DNA of 61,981 bases, counting the filler, from Rhabdomonas costata (lineage: Eukaryota): the NCBI GenBank assembly GCA_019059605.1. It is 24 parts of 24 records of this genome, joined end to end, with 100 filler letters (N's around TTAATTAATTAA, not from the genome) between each part and the next. Parts side by side here need not be neighbours in the genome. Positions count along the whole stretch, not along the records: positions 51,749 to 54,230 come from JAHMHO010003209.1; positions 54,331 to 56,812 come from JAHMHO010003210.1; positions 56,913 to 59,400 come from JAHMHO010003211.1; positions 59,501 to 61,981 come from JAHMHO010003212.1; 20 more parts are not named here. The stretch is one strand, 5' to 3'. Shown here one piece after another: positions 53,738 through 61,981 of this stretch (the first letter of the stretch is position 1; each line of letters starts with the position of its first letter). The translations under genes and the position numbers were made by a program. The notes beneath the pieces were generated by a model, which was given only the letters and a program-made list of their open reading frames with translations, searched no databases and had not been told where the DNA came from.

Positions 53738-54625
53738 GTGTGTGTGTGTGTCTCTGAGCCACGGGGAAATTCCTTAGAGGATTTGCAGGTGGGAAAAGGC
53801 CTGAGGAGGGCAAGGAAAAGTCGGCGCAGAAGAAGAATACACACACTCTCACTTCCACACACTTAACTTGTTCAGCTTTATGATTTTGGGCAAGCCCTGC
53901 GGCCATCGCAAGCGCATGTAGTGGACATAAAGGAATCAATGAGTGTAATAACTATTTCGGTTTGTACCCTGAAGAACTTGCTGTTTTTCTACTTTTACTT
54001 GGGTGGTGTGAAAGCCGTGGTGAGAAAAGGAAACATTTCTCTCCGTTGCTTAGGCGCAAAAGAAAAGACGACAAGACCGTTCCAGAATCCGTGGGGAAAA
54101 GTCGGGGGAGAAGCACCTGAAGCATGTGTGGAATCTTGGGACCGCTATGCCCCTCTCCCAAAGCATCCTGAAACTTGGAATCTGAAATTCTGTGCATCGC
54201 ATCCAAAATCTTATGTTGGAAACTTAGGGCNNNNNNNNNNNNNNNNNNNNNNNNNNNNNNNNNNNNNNNNNNNNTTAATTAATTAANNNNNNNNNNNNNN
54301 NNNNNNNNNNNNNNNNNNNNNNNNNNNNNNGTTGGGGGTGTGGAAGAGAGAGATAGCGGAGGACTGGGGGGCAACGGAACGCCTTTACCGAAAAACAAGG
54401 TGCTGTATGTGTGATTAGAGTGCTGAGTTTAGGTTTGATGCGGGCTTCCTTTTCTGTTTAAGTGTTGGGTATGATGTTTGCTGGTGTGGGTGGTTGTGCA
54501 CAATTTTTCTGATAATTTATGTTGTTGTTGCAGATATATTGCGCCATGGTTTGGTTTGCTTCTCAGGATGTTGTTTGTTGGTTTGCGTTGTTGCGCATGC
54601 TTTCTCCCTTTTGATATCGTGGCAG

Positions 54626-55018
54626 ATGTTGGGTCCCAGCGGGCCTCTGCAGACGACGTCGGTGTGGGGGTTGCGGTACACTCCGTCGGAGCGGGCGTAC
54701 TACAGCGGTGCGCAAGACTACAGCGGCTTCCAGGCGGTATGTGTTCGTGTGTTCGGTGGATTTATGTTTATTCGGAGTTGGTTCACACTGAATTCTGTGA
54801 GCATAGCATTTCTCTCGCTGCTTCTCTTGCTTTTTGTGCGTGTTTGTTATTAACGCGCTCTTTTTTTTCGGGTTACATTATATGTGTGATTCTGTTTGAT
54901 TCTGATGTGTGGTTGTGCACAGCCTGCTCAGAGCGCTGCGCCGGCGTACGGCGGGGGCTATGGTGGGCAGGCGGCGTACCCGCAGGCGGGGTATGGCGGC
55001 TACGGGGGCGGGTACTAA
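54626..55018 (+). CDS. 68-aa Gly/Tyr/Ala-rich microprotein, copy 1; exons 54626-54736, 54923-55018
   Basis: MLGPSGPLQTTSVWGLRYTPSERAYYSGAQDYSGFQA|PAQSAAPAYGGGYGGQAAYPQAGYGGYGGGY*, phase-0 GT-AG intron, GC3-rich. An upstream coding exon cannot be excluded. Confidence 0.7.
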
Positions 55019-56747
55019 GGCGGGGCGCCGCTGCCACCCCCCTGTGCCACATTGGAGGGCGAAAGCTCTCCCTCCGATCGGCCACCATCCCTCTCCTTCC
55101 ACTCCCTGTGCGAGGCACATCTCAGGTGGTGAAGTGTGCAGTTCGTGTTGCGGGCGGTCTGCCCCAGGATTGGGATTGCGTTTGTTTTGTCTTCGATTTC
55201 TTTGATGAATGTTTGTTAGAGCTGAGGAGACGCTTTGGTGACGGACTTTGCAGTGTGTAGGAAGCTGTGTCTTTTGTGCTTCCGCGGGAGCTCGGTTTGA
55301 CATATGCTCAATGACATTTTGTGCGCTGCTTCGGGTCACAGGTCCTCCCATTCGGTCACCGCACTGCCATTGAGGCTGACCCCCACGAGCGACGAAACGG
55401 GGCGTTTGGCTCTGGTGCGCATCGCTTTGCACAGCGAAAATGAAGTAAGAGCCTAAAAGGGCACACGCTGTGTGTGTGTTTGTCTTTGTGTGCAGGGGTT
55501 CCAGCCCAGTGGGCTGAGCTGTGGCCAGTGGGCTGCATCACTGTGCTTTGTGTGCACCTCCGTCTTTCTCTCGCGCGTCTCTTTCTCCTATTCGCCATCG
55601 CTCTCTCCCCATACCGTAGCGGAAGGGGGGTGCGGTTGTTTTCACTCTCACCTCTCACACTCAGTCTTTCACTTTCTGCTCGTGCGACCTGAGAAGTGTG
55701 TTCGCTCTGCTGTTGCCTCCTTGCTGTATTTCTGAAACGACTGTGCCTGTTGTGCTGCGTACCTCGGAGCGAGTTTCCCACGGATCCTTGGGAAAGGCGA
55801 GAGGTGAAATGGGTAATGGGAGGGTGGGGGTTGGGGGTAGGTTTTATTTGAATGTTGCCCACCCCCGTCGTGCGCATACCGGCCGGAGATGGCTCCCGCA
55901 GCCGATGCAGCTGTGATTTCCAGGAGGTTTCGCAACGGTGGGTAGTGGCAGTGATTGCGGGGGTCATAACTTTCCGGGGTGCGGAGTTGCGGAATTCGTG
56001 GTGGATGGGGCTGTATCGCTTGGGGAAACTTGGCCGATATGGGAATGGGTTATTTGATTGCCGAAGGGAACGAGAACCTTGGCGAAGCATTCAGTTGAAG
56101 TGAATGCTTGCTTTGCTCGTCGACCGATCTCTTCCCAAAGAGAACGTCACGTCGGCGAGCTTTTTGTATGCATGTATGCGTGTGTGTTTGCAATAAGTCC
56201 CTACCTTGTTTAGGTGTGCTTGGACACTGGGATCAGCTCTCCATGAGTAATTATAGGACGTGAGAGAGAGGCAAAGCGAACGAAGGAACCATTGCGAGGG
56301 AAAAGGATTGAGGAGTCGTTCTAGTTTCAGTTTTGGTGGTTGTGGTGTATGCGTCACAGTAAATCGGAGCGTTCTCTGTATGTGCCGGTATGATTTCTGG
56401 AGCCTCTGTTCCGGCTTTTTGGCGCTATCCCTCCCTCGCTTTGCTGCCTGCCGTTTTGCTTTGTTTCGCAATAGGTGCCCTGCTCTTCTTGCGAAACCTC
56501 AGCCTTTCTTTGCCCCTTCTTTTTCGGTACACAAAGGCCTCCTTCCTGCAACATGGGCAACGCTCCTCCCGGGGTATGCCTCGCGTGTACGTGTGGGTGT
56601 ATAAATGGGTAGGCCTTTAATCATGGCGATGGAGGTGCGGAAGAGAGAGATAGCGGAGAACGGGGGGCAACGGAACGCCTTTACCGAAAAAGAAGGTTGT
56701 TGATTTGCATTGTTGCGCATGCTTTCTCCCTTTTGATATCGTGGTAG

Positions 56748-56797
56748 ATGCTGGGTCCCAGCGGGCCTCTGCAGACGACGTCGGTGTGGGGGTTGCG
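56748..56797 (+). CDS. Second tandem copy of the Gly/Tyr microprotein, truncated by the contig end
   Basis: ATGCTGGGTCCCAGCGGGCCTCTGCAGACGACGTCGGTGTGGGGGTTGCG is near-identical to 54626 onward (one synonymous change). The upstream flank is also duplicated. Confidence 0.7.
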
Positions 56798-57058
56798 TTG
56801 CCCCCCAACAACNNNNNNNNNNNNNNNNNNNNNNNNNNNNNNNNNNNNNNNNNNNNTTAATTAATTAANNNNNNNNNNNNNNNNNNNNNNNNNNNNNNNN
56901 NNNNNNNNNNNNTTTGTTTTTTAATCTCTCTGAAATTTATGATGGTTTCTGTGGGAACCTACATCGGTAAACTTGAGGAAAGTATCTCCCAAAGAATCTT
57001 TTAAAGCAGGGTTTTGGCGAATTGAATTGGGAAGAAGTACTATTTTGACAGCCACACA

Positions 57059-57061
<3 letters not shown>

Positions 57062-57089
<28 letters not shown>
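57062..57089 (+). repeat. (TC)14 microsatellite
   Basis: Read directly. Confidence 0.95.
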
Positions 57090-57092
<3 letters not shown>

Positions 57093-57878
57093 TTGCGCAG
57101 ATCTTGATTTCAAACCTCTCTGAGCAGCAGAGCCGATCCGATCGGGATCCCCCCTTCAGAAAGCCCCTTTTGCGCTTCCTCAAAGGCTAGGTCCAACCCT
57201 GCACGGTCAAAGGCATCCAGCGACCCCGGCGCTGACATAATTGTCCTCGTAAGGCAGATAAGGTATCAAATAAAGCTGACGAATACTCATCAACCCAGGA
57301 GGAATCCTGGAACCCACAACTACTTGGGCAGCGGGTCATTGGCCCACAATTGAAGGCCCTTTCCTCCCGGAATCAATATAGGTGAATAAAGGTCACACCA
57401 CCGGGATGACATTCAAACGTGGAACCACTGTCGTCTGTTGGAAACTCTCGCGACGCACATGTGCACAACGGCAACACTTGCCACTCTTCCCCCGCTCTTA
57501 AGGAAAAAAACCCATAACACAACCAAGTTGCCAGTACTGACTCACCGCCATTGGCCCATGCTATTCTCAGACAGTCAAGCCTCACTTCCAAAAGCGGCCG
57601 GACAATAAGGTGGCACGGAGAGCACACGATAACACAGCACCGGCTGGTTGCTCGCAGCAGCTGCGGCGTCTTTCCAAAGCAAGACAAAACAAGCTGCACA
57701 TACTGTCAACAAAAAACCGCCCCGGACGACTTGCAGGGCACGCCCAGCGATGCTGGCACCCTTGGGACACAACACACGGGCATAACCCGCGGCCAAATAC
57801 CGAAGCAAAACACGCTGGGTCTGCGTGGCACTCAACACAGTTACAGGTTTGCAATACCCCTCACACAAATCCGCCCTG

Positions 57879-59009
57879 CTACGGTGCGATAATGGTTTCC
57901 AAGCTGTCCCCTAATTTGCGAGCGATCCACTGCTCGCGGTTCCGTCGCACAGCCTGGCTCCAGGGCTCCAGCTCTGGGCGGCACGCGGCGACCAAGTCAA
58001 AAAACTTCACCCCAATGGCGTCCAGGAACCCAACTTGCTCATCGGGAAGTGTCACGCCCCCAAAACGGTCAAAGGCGGAACCACCAAGTATTTCCAGGCC
58101 CTCAGCCCTGTCCTGAAAAAAGGCACAAAAGAAACTGTGAAAACACCTATTCACATAAGTATACCCACCAAATACACGACTTCATCATGGGCATTGCTTG
58201 CGACTCGTGCGTGGTTTCCTCTTCCGCGAGAGGGGGGGGGGATTAATTGTAAGACTGAATGAGAGGGGAGCAGCGCGGTGGGTCCTACCATGTCGCCTTG
58301 GAGGAAGAACTCCTCGCGGATCGCCGCCCCCCACTTCTCGCTGATCGCAAATGGTCTGGTGAGGCTGGAGAGGTCCGCAGCCTTGATAAGAAGCTGCATC
58401 AGCACAAGCCGGCCCTCGGAGTTCAAAGAAGAGGACAGTGGGGAGGCCTCTGGCGAAGTGTTGGAGCTGGAAAAGTCCGACGACGCGGTAAACCCGCCAA
58501 GCACTGAAGAGAAGGTTGGGCAAAGCTCTGCATGGCGAGCCATGTCCGTCGCCATGATGCACCGAAACAGGATCTCGTGTGCCCACGCCGCCTAAAGCAA
58601 GCAGAGGCAAAAGGGAACTTGAGTTCGGATGGCCCCACAACAGCAAACACTGCGGGAATCACGGGCGTGGTTTGCCCCAACGCAAGTGACCTCTGCACCT
58701 TTCATAAGTAATGGGACTATAGTTGCCGTCTGAAGATTCAAGTGGCACTAATTCGCATAGCTTCTCGGATAAAGGATCATCAATTGTAGAAACTGTGCAT
58801 GTTGACAACCCAGCAGCAGCACAGAGTCAAACCCCCGCGACTGGCGGGAGGGGGGGGGAGTGTCTGACCTGGGTCTGGGTCAGCGAATGGAAGGGGTTGG
58901 TCAGCGGGTCGGAGAGAATGCTGGCCGCCACCGCACAGTGATAGTGCTCCATCACCGAGGTAAGCCCAGAGACAGAACACAGGATGCCCAGAGGGGTGCG
59001 GCGCTTCAG
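57879..59009 (-). CDS. Second class I cyclic nucleotide phosphodiesterase, 3' part; exons 59009-58869, 58591-58289, 58112-57879
   Basis: TPLGIL…SVMEHYH, IMATDMARH, IKAADLSSLTRPF, EEFFLQGD, EQVGFLD. Phase-0 GT-AG introns. Confidence 0.92.
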
Positions 59010-59808
59010 CTGATCTGATTTGGCGGTGGTGGAGGTGGAGGTGGAGGTATCGGGTCAGTGTTAGCTAATCTACGCAACGGGCTTTGTTGCGAGAAAGTGC
59101 GGCGTACACCTGTCAGCATGCTGGCCGTTTTGAATTGGAAACCTTCAGAGATGATCAACTGGTCTTTTGTTGTTGTTATTACCACTGCAGAACCTGAGTT
59201 GGACAGGTTTCCAGTCCCAGACATAAAAATGCCATGTATTCGCCATCGTCAACACAAGGAGTCAGCCATGCAAACCCGGTAGCAACGCGTTACAAAATCA
59301 GATACAAAAGTAGAAGTGCAACAGACACGGCTCAGCAGCAATCGTTCCCATTAAAAAATGACGACAACCCTTGAAGCCCTAACCCACTCTACCCCACAAA
59401 NNNNNNNNNNNNNNNNNNNNNNNNNNNNNNNNNNNNNNNNNNNNTTAATTAATTAANNNNNNNNNNNNNNNNNNNNNNNNNNNNNNNNNNNNNNNNNNNN
59501 TGTGTTGGGTGTGGGTGGTTGTGGGTTGGTTCATTCGCAATTCGGATATGTATATATACGTTTGCAGCTTCACATCTGCTTTCGATTGGGCGAGCGGCCT
59601 TGCCCACCCCAGGATTTTTCATTTTTCATCTCAGACGAAAACACACACACACAGCGCTGAAACCCACCGTTGACCAACCCAACCCTACTCAAACCATTCC
59701 CAGTCATTGATGCAAACATTTCACTATAATTTATAGTTCCGTTTGTGTTCTGAATCTGCTCTGCTCTTTCGTGCACAAACATACTCTTTTTTGCGCATAT
59801 GCACGCAG

Positions 59809-61625
59809 AGCTCTTGCTCATTTATATGGGCGCCCGCTGAACATAAGGGAGCCGAATCCGCCTGAGACTCCTGTGACTTCCTTGACAGGCGGGCGATGGG
59901 CACATTTCCGCCAGGTGGGTGACGCGTCGCGTGCGAAGCGCTTCAACGCGGCTCCGGGCTTGGAGGCGTGGAGGTTGTTTCCCAGCGCACTGGTGCAACC
60001 AGTACCATTGCATACGCTCTTTTCTGTCGCTTCGCCGTGGCCGCTTCATTTGCCAATGAGGACCTTCCATTTCGTAATACGGGCCAGAATATGGACTCTC
60101 TCGCTCATCGGCCGACTTCCATTGGTTCGCAGCGTCACAGAGCTACACCCATTGCCACTTAATGTCACAACAAATCAGCAAGTGAACGTTGGTTTACCAC
60201 TATTCCCGGAAGCGGGTAACCTGCATTTCTTGCTGTCATCAATCAATTGATCCGAGGAGGTGTCCGAGTGCCTGAATGGGCAAACCCCGCAATATCGATT
60301 CGAAAGTCGCTCTTTGGCACTTTCGTATTCCATGTGCACATTTTTCCTTCTGTGGTGATGGAAGAACCCTCGGTGTCAAGTTCGTGTCATCCCACTCGGA
60401 GGAGACTCTTCTCCGCCCTGGTTCCATGCTGTCACAGCACCCTTCCCTCTCATCATGCATTACCACCTCGTTTTTTTGTTTGCGTGGCACCCAGGAACTA
60501 AATTCCTCCGCGTATGGGTTTGCTGAGGTGGGCCACATATTCGCTCCGGATCGTTGTCAGTACCACCTTGGGGCCGCCTCCGATTCTCGACGTTGTCGCC
60601 TGCACATCTCCTTCCATGGTTGTGGGATGTACGCCACCCACCCCAGGTCTCGCTTATGCCGGTCACATAGCTGTTCTATTTCTGTGCTATCCTTGCATCA
60701 TCCCGCGCTAGCTCTCAAGAAAGAGGTTGGAAGGGGATACAAAGTCACACCATGGGACCGGCTCGAATTTCAGTCTGTCAACCGCACGTTATAGGTGGAA
60801 CGTGTGCAGTAACGGCTGGCTTGTTTGCAAAAGAAACGGGCTCTCTTTGCTGAAACGGCATGTTTTGTTGCCTACTCATTCTTTTTTCTTGTCGCACCCG
60901 TTGAGGTTTCCTGAATTTTTCGTATTTGACGTTCCTTATTTTGCAATTTACATCCTCTTTTTCAGTATTTTTGGATGTTTTTTTGGTGGCATTTTGCAAT
61001 TGGTACGCCACACACCATAATTTTGGGTTTGATGTTCCTTAGTTCCTCGTGCCTTACGAAGACTTTGATGAATAATAGAGTCGAACCCGCGTAAATCACA
61101 TTCACTTCACATCACCCTTGTTTTCCACTTTGCTGTGGCCACAGGTTTGGAACAAAATATCTCATACGCAGTGGGTTTGCTGGGTGGGCGTCTGCCCACC
61201 GCCTGGTGGTGATGTTTCCCCAGCTCCGAGGGAGCCCTTCTCTCCCGACCCCCTTGCGCCACCGCTGCTGGGACAGCTATGGACTTACAGGTCTTTGTGG
61301 CTGTGACGCAAATGTGAATTGCGGGCTGTCCATCTATTAGAAGTGAATCTCCTGAAATTGTTTGAAGGTTGGGGCTGGGCTTTTTTCAGCCGAAGGGCGG
61401 TGTTAGGGAGGCGTTTGATCTTTTCGTTGGGTGATAGCTACTCCCCATGCCACTGCCTGGATTCTTGAAATCATTGTTCTGGTGACTTGCCATGGTCTCT
61501 CTGCTCGGTTTTGTCGGTAGTTTCGGCAGCTGCTCTTTGTGCTTCGCACAGGCACTTCCTATTGCCTGAAGCGGGGCCGTCAAATGGCGTCTGTGCGCCG
61601 TCTTCTCGCAGCGCTGGGGTACTGA
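59809..61625 (+). CDS. Poly(3-hydroxybutyrate) depolymerase-like esterase, 3' part; exons 59809-59914, 60495-60628, 60795-60839, 61172-61290, 61552-61625
   Basis: LAHLYG…HFRQ, GHIFAPDRC…CRLHISFHGC, GFAGWASAHRLVVMFPQ, CWDSYGLTG, YCLKRGRQMASV, in the order typical of the circularly permuted (fungal-type) PHB depolymerase family. Confidence 0.85.
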
Positions 61626-61981
61626 GAAGGACCTCCCACTTGGTCGTCGGAATGTACCTTCGAGCCGAAATTGGCCGCTGTGTGGTGTGTAGCCAGCGTG
61701 ACAAATGAAGCCGCGGTATCAATGTGTGCTTAAGGGAAGCGGCGAGGATAGTACCGATCAAGAAGAAACAGTGTTGGAAGACAGGCGAAGGTTAGTTGCA
61801 TTAGTCGCATTGGCATTATAGACGACTGATAGGCGAGTGATAGCCCTTTCGCGAATTGGAAATGGGATTGTTCCGCCTGCTTTCAACCGTCCTGGGCAAT
61901 TTCACAATTACCCTGAAGCATAACCCCGCTAGCTCGCTTCAAGCTCCATTTTGCACGGCTTATCCCATTGGCCAACAAACC

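Noticed and set aside
54478-56090. Long ORFs of 260 aa (+) and 244 aa (-)
   Set aside because: They run through T/G-rich intronic and intergenic sequence in the wrong frame relative to the spliced microprotein.
58360-58390. Second PDE has ADLSS instead of ADLSN
   Set aside because: This position varies among active class I PDE families, and the invariant Asp and Gln are present; not evidence of a pseudoenzyme.

Overview
This is not one locus. It is 24 unrelated ~2.48-kb contigs of a eukaryotic (protist) nuclear genome, joined by 23 artificial 100-bp spacers (44 N + TTAATTAATTAA + 44 N), so adjacency across spacers means nothing. Genes have GC-rich exons and spliceosomal introns, which I joined by hand using phase-compatible GT/GC-AG sites. 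The gene content, weak donor consensus, frequent GC donors and unpaired acceptors just before start codons suggest a euglenozoan, probably a euglenid (inference). Recognisable gene fragments: two class I cyclic-nucleotide phosphodiesterases, two class III cyclase-type genes, U2SURP/SR140, an SGNH/PC-esterase-like protein, BRCC36, an RCC1-repeat protein, a NEK kinase, an MFS-like transporter, an EF-hand protein, a 5'-nucleotidase, Pus10, a FUT8/GT23-like glycosyltransferase, an R-S-E ADP-ribosyltransferase and a PHB-depolymerase-like esterase. The most unusual item is an intronless 143-aa His-tract, ~20% Met protein built as 8 heptads + turn + 8 heptads (6283-6714). Other candidates are a tandemly repeated 68-aa Gly/Tyr microprotein missed by the ORF track, an intron-containing bacterial-like gene, a NAGNAG acceptor on the ART catalytic Glu, and two inverted-repeat structures. 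All family calls come from motif recognition, not database searches.
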